64,000 nt of DNA, from assembly GCA_045633705.1 (NCBI GenBank), contig JAZQYV010000017.1:2916-66915 (forward strand), read 5' to 3'. Shown here one piece after another: positions 9,763 through 18,648 of the stretch (position 1 is its first letter; each line of letters opens with the position of its first letter). Made by a program: the position numbers and the translations under genes. The notes below the pieces were generated by a model. That model was not told where the DNA came from. It saw nothing but the letters and a program-made list of their open reading frames with translations, and did not search any database. This stretch comes from Candidatus Onthoplasma sp. (lineage in GTDB: Bacteria; Bacillota; Clostridia; Christensenellales; UBA1242).

Positions 9763-9886
9763 AACGCAAAAATATTTGAAAAACATCTATATTAGGATAG
9801 GTTATAACGTCAATTGGCGTGTTTAAATTGGATATCTTCACACAATTGCAATTACAACCTTTGCGGTATACAAATCTTGTTAGCAT
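9761..9886 (-). CDS. candidate small ORF (41 aa, Cys-containing)
   Basis: Below the ORF-track length cutoff. AGGAGG 9 nt upstream of ATG (9886). Peptide MLTRFVYRKGCNCNCVKISNLNTPIDVITYPNIDVFQIFLR ends at the bidirectional terminator. Confidence 0.25.
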   Translation of the reverse strand: MLTRFVYRKGCNCNCVKISNLNTPIDVITYPNIDVFQIFLR

Positions 9887-10048
9887 ATATAATAGCCTCC
9901 TAAGTCATCGTATGATTATTAATAATAAATGGTTATAGCATTAATTACAAAATAAGCCAAAGTTTTTGTGAGTAAATTTATATTTGTTGCATACGATATA
10001 TTAACGGGTTTTAAAATACAAAACTTAATAAACGTAAAAGGGGACTTT

Positions 10049-10780
10049 ATGTGGGAATTTTCTCTCGCTTGTGATAATAAAAATAAATACATAATTGATT
10101 ATATAAACAACTGCTTTTGTAAGGATTTGCCAGATTGTATGCTTACTACATATCAAGACGAACATTTCTCGTATTTGCTATTTGCAAGTGATGAAAGCAT
10201 TAAAAGTATATGTCAAGCTAAAATTAAGCACTGTATTGCAACTTACATAATTGATGTGTATAAATATGACTATTTTAAAAGTAGAATACGTGGTAACAAA
10301 AACCTTGTTTTTTTGGCATACATTAAGGCACTAACACTATATGATGTTGATACAGATATTGGACTTATAAATAGCTGTTTTGATGTTGAAAATCAGTTGC
10401 ATATAGATACCTTAATTAGATTTAAAATGGGCGATATCGTGCGTATGTGGCAGGAGCTTTGTGAGTTGATTACGAGCAATGTTAATTATTTAAATAGAGA
10501 TATGATGCTAGACGTTATGCGTCAATTTATTTCAACATTTAACATTTCTAATAATAGCATAAAAATTATTATAGACAACAATAGTTATGTGTTGTATAAA
10601 ATTGAGAAAAATAAAAATCCAATCAAATTAAAAGACACCGCCGAACCAATTGACATTATAAATTACACACTGCTTTCAAACCCAAGCAATATACAAATTT
10701 ATGGAGATGTTGGGGTTGGATTTTCTATTATTAGCTTACTAAAAGATTTGTATAAGGAAAAGGTTGAAATTTTTAATTAG
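10049..10780 (+). CDS. hypothetical protein (possibly YtxC-like, judged only from position upstream of the thrS operon)
   Basis: Start moved to ATG 10049 behind AAAGGGGA RBS (track opens at GTG 9968); 243 aa; no motif recognised. Confidence 0.55.
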   Translation: MWEFSLACDNKNKYIIDYINNCFCKDLPDCMLTTYQDEHFSYLLFASDESIKSICQAKIKHCIATYIIDVYKYDYFKSRIRGNKNLVFLAYIKALTLYDVDTDIGLINSCFDVENQLHIDTLIRFKMGDIVRMWQELCELITSNVNYLNRDMMLDVMRQFISTFNISNNSIKIIIDNNSYVLYKIEKNKNPIKLKDTAEPIDIINYTLLSNPSNIQIYGDVGVGFSIISLLKDLYKEKVEIFN

Positions 10781-10812
10781 ATTTTACATTTGTTTTATTG
10801 ATGCTGGCAATA

Positions 10813-10841
10813 TTGACAACTTCTTTAATATTTGATATAAT
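10813..10841 (+). promoter_or_regulatory. sigma-70-type promoter with extended -10
   Basis: TTGACA, 17 nt, TGaTATAAT. Confidence 0.7.
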
Positions 10842-10867
10842 TAATGCAATAAGTTAAAGGAGATAAT

Positions 10868-11800
10868 ATGAGCAAACCAACAAGTTCTATATTAAAGGAT
10901 AGGCTAAAAAGGGTGAGGATTGCCACCATTACGGGAGTTATGGCTGTTAGTGTGGTTATGGGTGCTGTGGCGTGCAATACATTAAGCGATATTACTGGTA
11001 GCAAAACAAGCCAATCGCATACAAAAAATATATCAACTGAAGAAGCTTACGCAAACTTGCAAGAAGTAAGAAAAACACAACTTGAAACACATGTTGTTAC
11101 GTGGACCGAAGAAGATGGCTCAAAAGCAAAGTATTTACAAGCAAATGAAGAAGATGTACTTGAATTAAGCAAAGATATGAGTGTTGCTATTGAAGATTAT
11201 TTTAAGGCTTGCGGTGCAACCGACTGGGTAAGTGATAAGGAAGAACAATTCTGGCCAGAAGATATTGAGTATATTGTAACAGCAATTGCATTTAATGAAA
11301 GCAGTTATCGTACTAATTGTATGAATGATGGTGGCAAGGCTGGAATTACTGGAATATATAAGAGTTCGTTGTTGAAAACTTTAGACACACAATGGCTTAT
11401 TCCACGAATTTGGGGAAATACGATTCCTCAAGTTAATTGCAATCCTAAAGAAGTTGATATATTTAATCCCACAACTTGTTTGGAACTTACCTATGAAAAT
11501 ATAGGTTATAATTTAGCAAACAGGTTTAAGGAAGATAAAGATTTTATTGACATTGATGGCCAGAAGAAGTGTGTTTGGGACATGCTGGAGTATAGTGAAG
11601 AATTGCAAATACGTTTAGTTGTTGCTGCGCATAGATTCGGGTTGGGGAATGTTATAAATTCGATATATGGCAGAAATTATAACGAGGAAGAAAAACGATA
11701 TGTGCCAATAGAAGAGTATATTTATGGCGGTTATGTAAACAGCGTTATGGAAAAGGCGTTAGAGCTTGAACAAACCTACGGACAGGGTTTTGCCTATTAA
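10868..11800 (+). CDS. lytic-transglycosylase-like (SLT-type) lipoprotein or anchored protein
   Basis: N-terminal hydrophobic segment ending GAVAC. AIAFNESSY...GKAGITGI resembles the SLT E-S catalytic motif plus GxxGLMQ; AAHRFGLGNV resembles AYNAGxGN. Confidence 0.55.
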   Translation: MSKPTSSILKDRLKRVRIATITGVMAVSVVMGAVACNTLSDITGSKTSQSHTKNISTEEAYANLQEVRKTQLETHVVTWTEEDGSKAKYLQANEEDVLELSKDMSVAIEDYFKACGATDWVSDKEEQFWPEDIEYIVTAIAFNESSYRTNCMNDGGKAGITGIYKSSLLKTLDTQWLIPRIWGNTIPQVNCNPKEVDIFNPTTCLELTYENIGYNLANRFKEDKDFIDIDGQKKCVWDMLEYSEELQIRLVVAAHRFGLGNVINSIYGRNYNEEEKRYVPIEEYIYGGYVNSVMEKALELEQTYGQGFAY

Positions 11801-11817
11801 ATCAGTGTAACAACTTT

Positions 11818-11856
11818 AAAAATCAAGTGAAATTTTAAATTTTGCTTGATTTTTTG
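11818..11856 (+). terminator. rho-independent terminator
   Basis: AATCAAGTGAAA...TTTTGCTTGATT long hairpin followed by TTTTT. Confidence 0.7.
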
Positions 11857-11886
11857 TTGACAAATATAGTTTTGATATGATATAAT
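11857..11886 (+). promoter_or_regulatory. sigma-70-type promoter with extended -10
   Basis: TTGACA, 18 nt, TGaTATAAT (TATAAT at 11881-11886). Confidence 0.65.
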
Positions 11887-11892
11887 AATATT

Positions 11893-12012
11893 ACCATAAA
11901 GAGTGCGTAAGGGACAGCCCCGTTGACCGCACGGCAACCTGCATATGTAAGGTGCCAAAGGCTGAATGATGGGTTTATTAGTAGGAAATCCATCTAACGA
12001 TGGCTTTTTTTA
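11893..12012 (+). promoter_or_regulatory. SAM riboswitch (SAM-I core with SAM-IV-like 3' side, i.e. SAM-I/IV type) with terminator expression platform
   Basis: AAGAG-UGCG-UAAGGGACAGCCCCGUUGAC-CGCA-CGGCAACCU...AGGUGCCAAAGGCUGAAUGAUGG matches the SAM-I core (GGGA..GCCC..UGA, GGCAACC...GGUGCC). GGCUG can pseudoknot with CAGCC. P1 is CCAU/AUGG. The 3' P1 strand GAUGG competes for CCAUC of the terminator CCATC-taac-GATGG + T7. Confidence 0.7.
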
Positions 12013-12054
12013 TTAAGTGTTCTTTGTGGGAGATTTTATTTAAGGAGAATATAT

Positions 12055-12330
12055 ATGAAACAAACACAAAGAAAACAACATTTAGTAAAACTAAACAATG
12101 CAAAGGAAGGGAATGAGTTTATTGAATATTTGGAGCAAAATGGTTTTGACAATATTCATAATCTTAGCTTTGAAAATTTGCGAATTAAAGTTATTGGTGT
12201 TACTGATAAGAAATTTGGAGCGGTAAGCGTTACTTGCTTGGCAGCGTTAGCAAGCAGTAAAATTTATCCTATTAGTGTTGATGAATTTAAAAATTGTGTT
12301 GAATTGAAAAATCAAGACTATAATTTATAA
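12055..12330 (+). CDS. hypothetical 91-aa protein, only gene downstream of the SAM riboswitch
   Basis: AAGGAGA RBS; no motif recognised; followed by an independent promoter for the T-box leader. Confidence 0.6.
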   Translation: MKQTQRKQHLVKLNNAKEGNEFIEYLEQNGFDNIHNLSFENLRIKVIGVTDKKFGAVSVTCLAALASSKIYPISVDEFKNCVELKNQDYNL

Positions 12331-12347
12331 AAATTTTTAAAAAGTTG

Positions 12348-12375
12348 TTGACTTTTTTATAAATTGATTTATAAT
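12348..12375 (+). promoter_or_regulatory. sigma-70-type promoter
   Basis: TTGACT, 16 nt, TATAAT. Confidence 0.65.
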
Positions 12376-12394
12376 ATATTATAGAAAGTTAAAT

Positions 12395-12645
12395 CTTTCG
12401 GTATCTTAATAAATCGTAGATTATAGACAAGTAGGCTATTAATCAACTGTTACAGAGAGTTCCCTGCAGGCTGAGATTGGGGCATAGTATTAATAATTGA
12501 AACCACTATATGAGATTTGACGTTAGGGAATAGTCCTAAAAATTGAGAGAATTAATACGCTATTTTATAGTGATTAGTTAAATAAGGTGGAACCGCGAGG
12601 AATATCGTCCTTATGTTGTTGCATAAGGGCGATATTTTTATTTTG
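12395..12645 (+). promoter_or_regulatory. T-box leader, threonine specifier (ACC)
   Basis: AG box AGAGAG (12453-58), GCUGAGA distal motif (12470-76), specifier loop GAA-ACC-A (ACC 12502-04), F-box-like CGUUA (12521-25), T-box AAUAAGGUGGAACCGCG (12581-97), 14-bp terminator 12602-12635 + U-run. Confidence 0.85.
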
Positions 12646-12721
12646 ATAGTGCAAAAACAATGATTAATAAAGAGTAAAAAATGAATAATTAATAATAAAA
12701 TTTATAAAAGGAGAATTTAAA

Positions 12722-12976
12722 ATGCATTATTCGTACAAAACTAAGGGCACTTGTAGCGCGCAAATTGAGTTTGATGTTATTGATGGCAAAGTTCATGGTG
12801 TTAAGTTTTTGGGTGGATGTAATGGTAATTTAAAGGGTATTTCAGCGCTGGTTGAAGGTATGAATGTGGAAGATGTTATTGCAAGGTGCAAGGACATTAA
12901 ATGTGGCTTTAAACCAACGTCTTGCCCAGACCAATTAGCAACCGCACTAAGTGGCGTGGCCACCTCAAATAAATAA
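12722..12976 (+). CDS. TSCPD-domain small protein (TIGR03905-like 4-Cys family)
   Basis: 84 aa; GTCS...GGCNGNLKGI...CGFKPTSCPDQLA pattern as I recall it for this family. Confidence 0.65.
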   Translation: MHYSYKTKGTCSAQIEFDVIDGKVHGVKFLGGCNGNLKGISALVEGMNVEDVIARCKDIKCGFKPTSCPDQLATALSGVATSNK

Positions 12977-12993
12977 TTTGAAAGGGTGTGGAT

Positions 12994-13314
12994 ATGAGTT
13001 ATAACAAATTAGTTAGAGATAAAATTATTGATATTATACGTAGTAATGGTGAAAATCCAGTATATCATACATTAAGCGATGAAGAGTATTTAGCGGAACT
13101 TCATAAAAAGTTGTTTGAAGAAGCAAACGAGTTTGTGGAAGCAGATGACCATGAAGAATTAGCCGATTTGCTTGAGGTGATATACGCTATTGCAAAACAC
13201 AAAAATATCAATATGGAAGAAGTTGAACAAATTCGATTAAATAAACGCGTAAAGCGTGGCGGTTTTGAAGATAAGATATACCTAGAAGGTGTAGAAGAAG
13301 AATTTAAAAGATAA
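12994..13314 (+). CDS. MazG-like nucleoside triphosphate pyrophosphohydrolase (house-cleaning type)
   Basis: MSYNKLVRDKI...EEANEF...EELADLLEVIYA...KRGGF pattern; ATG 12994 behind AAAGGG RBS (track opens at GTG 12988). Confidence 0.6.
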   Translation: MSYNKLVRDKIIDIIRSNGENPVYHTLSDEEYLAELHKKLFEEANEFVEADDHEELADLLEVIYAIAKHKNINMEEVEQIRLNKRVKRGGFEDKIYLEGVEEEFKR

Positions 13315-13325
13315 AGGAGTTGGAA

Positions 13326-13829
13326 GTGGAATATAAAATAAATAAAGAGGATTACGAAAAAATGTTATCAAAATTTTATTCTCATAAAGTTAAATGGCTA
13401 TTAATCCTCGCTTTTATGGCAATAGTTTTTGGGACTTATTGTTTATTTGTTGGGATTTTTTCTGACAAAGGGGCGTTCAAATATATGGGCGGTGGTTATG
13501 GTTGTTTTGTGCTATTTTTGTATGTATATATTGCTGGAGGTAAAACATATAAAAAGCAATCGTTAAATGCGATAAGGTTTAATGATAACAATGAAATTGA
13601 ATGTTATATGGAGCAACAAGATAATTCAATAAAATTATATGATTTAACAAATGACAATCATTCAACAATAAAAATAGAAGACATAACGGGAATTAAAACA
13701 TTTAATGACAAAGAGTATTCATTTATTGTTTGTGGACAGAGAGTATTTATTGTTAAAAATAATGAAGTTATGGATAACTTAAAACAACAATTAGAAAAAA
13801 ATAAAAAAATTAAAATAGGGAGAAAATAA
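13326..13829 (+). CDS. hypothetical membrane protein
   Basis: Two adjacent TM segments; GTG 13326 is 6 nt after AAAGGAG (track opens at TTG 13320, which abuts the RBS). Confidence 0.5.
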   Translation: MEYKINKEDYEKMLSKFYSHKVKWLLILAFMAIVFGTYCLFVGIFSDKGAFKYMGGGYGCFVLFLYVYIAGGKTYKKQSLNAIRFNDNNEIECYMEQQDNSIKLYDLTNDNHSTIKIEDITGIKTFNDKEYSFIVCGQRVFIVKNNEVMDNLKQQLEKNKKIKIGRK

Positions 13830-13833
13830 AAAA

Positions 13834-15624
13834 ATGGAAGAAAAAGATTTAGAAAAAGTAAAAGAATTACAACAAAAACAAGAAATGTATCGTCATAGTA
13901 TGAGCCATGTGCTTGCTAAGGCAATCAAAAGCATTTGGGGCGATGTAAAGTTGGCAATAGGACCTGCTATTGACAATGGTTTTTACTATGATATAGATAT
14001 GGAACAATCAATTAAGCCAGAAGATTTTGGCAAGATTGAAGACAAAATGCGTGAAATTATATGCAATAACGAAGATTTTGTACGTTTTGAACTAAGTAAG
14101 GAAGAGGCGTTGGAAAAGTTTAAGGACAATCCTTATAAAGTAGAATTGATTAATGAACTACCTGAAGGCGAACTTATTACAATGTATCGCACTGGCGATG
14201 ATTTTTATGATTTGTGTAGAGGATCACACGTAGAAAATACTAAATTTTTGCGTGGATTTGCTTATAAAATTAATCGTGTAAGCGGTGCTTACTGGCGTGG
14301 TAGCGAAAAGAATAAGATGTTACAACGTGTATATGTTTATGGTTTCCTAGACAAAAATGACCTTAAAGCATATATTCATCAAATGGAAGAAGCCCTAAAG
14401 CGCGACCATAACAAGTTGGGTAGAGAATTAGGCTTGTTTACAACTGTTGACTATATCGGCCAAGGTTTACCAATCTTGTTACCAAAGGGTGCAAGAATAG
14501 TTCAATTACTACAACGTTTTGTTGAAGATGAAGAACAAAAGCGTGGCTGGTTGTTAACCAAAACACCATTTATGGCAAAGAGTGACTTGTACAAGATTTC
14601 TGGCCACTGGGACCACTATAAAGATGGTATGTTTGTGTTGGGTGACGAAAATAAGGATAAGGAAGTGTTTGCACTTCGCCCTATGACTTGTCCTTTCCAA
14701 TATCAAGCATATTTAAATCAACCAAGGTCTTACAAAGATTTACCACTAAGATATAACGAAACTTCTACACTATTTAGAAATGAAGAAAGTGGCGAAATGC
14801 ATGGACTAATTCGTGTACGTCAATTTACAATTAGTGAAGGTCACTTAATGTGCACGCCTGACCAATTAGAAGATGAATTTAAGCGTTGCCTAGAACTAGC
14901 AATCTATATGCTTAAAACTTTGGGATTGTACGAAGACGCATCTTATCGTTTCTCACAATGGGACCCAGATAATCGTGCAAAATATATTGGTACTGATGAA
15001 CAATGGACGGCAGCTCAAGACAGCATGAAACGCATACTTGATAATCTTCAAGTTCCATATGAAATTGGTGTAGGGGAAGCGGCTTTCTACGGACCTAAAT
15101 TAGACATTCAAATCCGTAACGTTTGGGGCAAGGAAGATACGCTTATTACTATTCAAATTGACCAACTGCTTGCTGAAAAGTTTGGTATGGAATATACTGA
15201 TAGCGATGGAACTAAGAAACATCCTTACATCATTCATCGTACAAGTATTGGTTGCTATGAACGTACTTTGGCGTATCTAATTGAAAAATATGCAGGCGCA
15301 TTCCCAACATGGTTGGCTCCAAATCAAGTTAAGGTTATTACCGTTAGCGAAAAGAATAATGAGTATGCTGTTAGGGTGGCGGAAGAATTAAGTGCTTGTG
15401 GACTACGTGTTGAAACTGACCTAGATAACGAAAGTGTTGGTAAAAAGATTCGTAGTGCTGTTATGGAAAAGAACCCATATATTTTGATTCTTGGCGACAG
15501 AGAAATGGAAGAAGGAACCGTTGCTGTGCGTAAGCGTGGCAGTCAAGAAACAACTGCTATGAGCCTGGCTGAATTTAAGGCGGAAATCTTAAACAACATT
15601 GCAACCAAAAGTTTAACAGTTTAA
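13834..15624 (+). CDS. thrS: threonine--tRNA ligase, lacking the N-terminal TGS domain
   Basis: 596 aa; starts at the editing domain (HSMSHVLAKAI...AIGPAIDNGFYYD); class II motifs FRNEESGEMHGLIRVRQFTISEGH and anticodon-binding C-terminus. Confidence 0.95.
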   Translation: MEEKDLEKVKELQQKQEMYRHSMSHVLAKAIKSIWGDVKLAIGPAIDNGFYYDIDMEQSIKPEDFGKIEDKMREIICNNEDFVRFELSKEEALEKFKDNPYKVELINELPEGELITMYRTGDDFYDLCRGSHVENTKFLRGFAYKINRVSGAYWRGSEKNKMLQRVYVYGFLDKNDLKAYIHQMEEALKRDHNKLGRELGLFTTVDYIGQGLPILLPKGARIVQLLQRFVEDEEQKRGWLLTKTPFMAKSDLYKISGHWDHYKDGMFVLGDENKDKEVFALRPMTCPFQYQAYLNQPRSYKDLPLRYNETSTLFRNEESGEMHGLIRVRQFTISEGHLMCTPDQLEDEFKRCLELAIYMLKTLGLYEDASYRFSQWDPDNRAKYIGTDEQWTAAQDSMKRILDNLQVPYEIGVGEAAFYGPKLDIQIRNVWGKEDTLITIQIDQLLAEKFGMEYTDSDGTKKHPYIIHRTSIGCYERTLAYLIEKYAGAFPTWLAPNQVKVITVSEKNNEYAVRVAEELSACGLRVETDLDNESVGKKIRSAVMEKNPYILILGDREMEEGTVAVRKRGSQETTAMSLAEFKAEILNNIATKSLTV

Positions 15625-15726
15625 TAATTACATCTTAGATTTTGAAGAAATTATCAATATTATAAATGGCTCTTAAATTGCAATATGTTAACACAATAGA
15701 TATTAAAATTTAATAACATTGAACAT

Positions 15727-15757
15727 AAAAACTAGGAATTTCCCTGGTTTTTTTGTT
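15727..15757 (+). terminator. rho-independent terminator
   Basis: ACTAGG-aatttc-CCTGGT followed by T7. Confidence 0.65.
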
Positions 15758-15833
15758 AAGAAAACACTAGTATTTGCTTGACTAAATTATAGGTTGAATA
15801 TATAATAAAAATAGATAAAATTAAAAGGTGATT

Positions 15834-16568
15834 ATGAGAAAATTATCAAGCGCAGAAATTAAGAATATAAAAAAGTTGAAAGACAAAAAGCACCGAAAAG
15901 AGCAGGGTTTGTTTTTGGTAGAAGGACCAAAGTTATGTGAAGAGGTTCTTAATTCAAATTATGAAATTAAGCTTACTATAACATCTAACGAATTTAAGTA
16001 TAATGACTTTCCAAATGTTTGTGTTGTTGAGTATGACATAATCAAAACAATAAGCACAACCGAAACTCCACAAGATATTGTGTGTGTGGTTTGTGTCCCA
16101 AGTTTTGAATTAGGCGAACCTAAAGGCAATAGTTTAATTCTGGACGGTTTGCAAGACCCTGGCAATATTGGCACACTTATTAGAAGCGCAATGGCTTTTG
16201 GTTTTGACGATGTTTATTTTATAGATTGCCCTGATATTTATAGTGAAAAAGTTGTACGTGCAAGTATGGGTGGAATATTTAAAATTAATGCACATATTGT
16301 TACAAGACAAGAAATTGTAGAAAAAAAGCGAGAAATTTGCGATATTTTATTATCTACAACATTAAATGGTGAAAAAATGCCTGAAAAATATTTGCCAAGT
16401 AAGCGAATTGGTGTTATAATAGGTAATGAAGGAAACGGAGTAAGCGACATGCTTATTTCTGCTTGCGATAAGGCGATTACACTGCCTATGAGTGGCAAGG
16501 TTGAAAGCCTAAATGCTGGCGTTGCTGGCAGTATTATGATGTTTGAAATTTTTAAAGGAGAATTATAA
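15834..16568 (+). CDS. TrmH/SpoU-family RNA 2'-O-methyltransferase
   Basis: GLQDPGNIGTLIRSA, IGNEGNGVS, ESLNAGVAGSIMMFE; ATG 15834 behind AAAAGGTG. Confidence 0.85.
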   Translation: MRKLSSAEIKNIKKLKDKKHRKEQGLFLVEGPKLCEEVLNSNYEIKLTITSNEFKYNDFPNVCVVEYDIIKTISTTETPQDIVCVVCVPSFELGEPKGNSLILDGLQDPGNIGTLIRSAMAFGFDDVYFIDCPDIYSEKVVRASMGGIFKINAHIVTRQEIVEKKREICDILLSTTLNGEKMPEKYLPSKRIGVIIGNEGNGVSDMLISACDKAITLPMSGKVESLNAGVAGSIMMFEIFKGEL

Positions 16569-17287
16569 TGTCGGGACATAGTAAATGGAATAATATTAAA
16601 GGAAGAAAAGAAAAATCTGACGCACAACGTGCCAAGATGTTTACAATGCTTGGTCGTCAAATTATGGTGGCAATGGCAGGAGGTGCTGACCCTGAAAGCA
16701 ACCCAAGCCTTAAGAATGCTATTCAAAAAGCAAAGCAAAACAACATGCCTAATGATAAGATTAAAGCATTATTAGATAAGTCTAATAAGGACACATCAAA
16801 TTATAGCGAAAGCGTGTATGAAGGCTATGGCGTTGGCGGTGTTGCAGTGGTTGTTAAATGCCTAACAGACAACAAAAATCGTACAATATCTGACGTTCGC
16901 CATGCGTTTGATAAGTTTGGTGGAAGCCTTGGTGCTACTGGTAGCGTTACATATATGTTTGAAAACAAGGGTGTGGTAGTGCTTGAAAAGTCTGCTGATT
17001 TTGATGCTGATAAGGCTATGGAATTGGCGTTAGAAGTTGAAGCTTTGGACTGTGAAGATGACGAGGTGTTTACAGTATATACTGAAGCAACTGCTAGCGA
17101 AGTAAACCGCGTGTCTACAGCGTTTACAGACGCGGGTTACACAGTGCTTTCAGCAGAAGTGGAAATGATACCTCAAAATTATGTAACACTTGATGAACAT
17201 CAACGTGAAACATTTGAAAAAATGCTAGCAAAGCTTGATGAAAGCGATGATGTGCAAGAAGTAATACACAATTTAGAAGAAGAATAG
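16568..17287 (+). CDS. yebC: YebC/PmpR-family transcriptional regulator
   Basis: MSGHSKWNNIKGRKEKSDAQRAKMF...; 239 aa. Confidence 0.95.
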   Translation: MSGHSKWNNIKGRKEKSDAQRAKMFTMLGRQIMVAMAGGADPESNPSLKNAIQKAKQNNMPNDKIKALLDKSNKDTSNYSESVYEGYGVGGVAVVVKCLTDNKNRTISDVRHAFDKFGGSLGATGSVTYMFENKGVVVLEKSADFDADKAMELALEVEALDCEDDEVFTVYTEATASEVNRVSTAFTDAGYTVLSAEVEMIPQNYVTLDEHQRETFEKMLAKLDESDDVQEVIHNLEEE

Positions 17288-17314
17288 ACCAAATTTTAAC
17301 TAAGGGGACAAACT

Positions 17315-17914
17315 ATGGAAGAAACAAAAACACAAGATAAACAAACCAAATTATTAACAATATTAGAGCTATTAAACGGCGTTCGCGAAAAGCTTTATGC
17401 GACCTACAATCTTTTTGTTGCCAACGTAGAGCAAACCAAAACTATTAAGGAGTTTTCTGGTTTGAAGTACGAGCAATTATTAGATATTCGTAATGAGTTT
17501 AGCCAATTATTTAAAAGTGGCAAACCTGCTAAAATGCGTGTTGCAAAATTACGTAAGGATGCGGCTGCTCTTAAGGCGGAGCATGATGAGCAAATTGCTT
17601 TGGTAGGTGATGGTATGGAAGATGCAGAAGCTTGCCGTAAAACATATAAGCACGAAGTTGCATTATGCTGTGATACATACAAAAAATTAGGCGCTGTTGA
17701 AACAAAAACTGAAGAAAATACTGAACAAGCTGTACCTCTAGCAATTGAAAAGGGTTATAAGCAACAAGTAAAGCTTATAAGACGCATTCTTGATAAGATT
17801 GATGAAGTTAAGATTAGTTTTAAAAATGTTAAAGCTGATATTAAAGAACGTGTTAAATTGTTTAATGAATTGTTTGCCCAGTTAGAGGAGCAAACCCTTG
17901 CCATAGCTAAATAA
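17315..17914 (+). CDS. hypothetical coiled-coil protein
   Basis: 199 aa, K/E-rich heptad-like; GGGGA RBS; terminator 17960-17987. Confidence 0.55.
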   Translation: MEETKTQDKQTKLLTILELLNGVREKLYATYNLFVANVEQTKTIKEFSGLKYEQLLDIRNEFSQLFKSGKPAKMRVAKLRKDAAALKAEHDEQIALVGDGMEDAEACRKTYKHEVALCCDTYKKLGAVETKTEENTEQAVPLAIEKGYKQQVKLIRRILDKIDEVKISFKNVKADIKERVKLFNELFAQLEEQTLAIAK

Positions 17915-17959
17915 TAAACACAATAAAATGCTTAAGAAAATTTTATAATATATTTGAAT

Positions 17960-17987
17960 ACGCAACTTGGTTGCGTTTTCGTTTTTA
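17960..17987 (+). terminator. rho-independent terminator
   Basis: ACGCAAC-ttg-GTTGCGT followed by TTTCGTTTTT. Confidence 0.7.
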
Positions 17988-18002
17988 AATAAGGAGATGT
18001 GT

Positions 18003-18488
18003 ATGCGAGTATTGGGGATTGACCCTGGGTATAATATTATAGGCTTTGGGGTGGTGGAAAGCAATGGCAATCAAGTGATTGATTATGGTGTAATTACCAC
18101 ACCTAAAAATATGCCTATGAGTGAACGACTAAAGGTTATTTTTGAGGCGACAAATGAACTGATTGATAACTTTAAACCCGACCAAGTTGCGTTTGAAGAA
18201 TTGTTTTTTAACAACAATCAAAAGACCGCTGTACCAGTAGCTCAAGCGCGCGGAGTGTTGTTGCTGGCGTGTAAGCTAAAAATGGACGATTTGTACGAAT
18301 ATACACCACTTCAAATCAAGCAAGCTTTGACTGGTGTTGGTCGTGCCGAGAAAAAACAAGTACAATATATGGTTAAGTCGATATTAGGACTTGAAAGCAT
18401 ACCGCGCCCAGACGACGCTGCAGATGCTTTGGCAGTTGCCCTTTGCCATATTCAAACCAATAGCGTGTTAACCGATAACAGAGTGTAG
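18003..18488 (+). CDS. ruvC: crossover junction endodeoxyribonuclease RuvC
   Basis: MRVLGIDPGYNIIGFGVV...FEELFFNNN...DAADALAVALCH; ATG 18003 behind AAGGAGA (track opens at 17967). Confidence 0.93.
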   Translation: MRVLGIDPGYNIIGFGVVESNGNQVIDYGVITTPKNMPMSERLKVIFEATNELIDNFKPDQVAFEELFFNNNQKTAVPVAQARGVLLLACKLKMDDLYEYTPLQIKQALTGVGRAEKKQVQYMVKSILGLESIPRPDDAADALAVALCHIQTNSVLTDNRV

Positions 18489-18648
18489 GTGTCGTGGACA
18501 CCGGCAAGTAAGTTAATACGCCGATTTATATTGTTAACTATATTAATTTATTGGATGTTGCGTTATGTTGTGGCGACTGGATTGTCAATGTAAAAATAAT
18601 AGTAATAAACATATTTGTAAGTTTACAAGTGTGTTTTTTATTTGCCTA

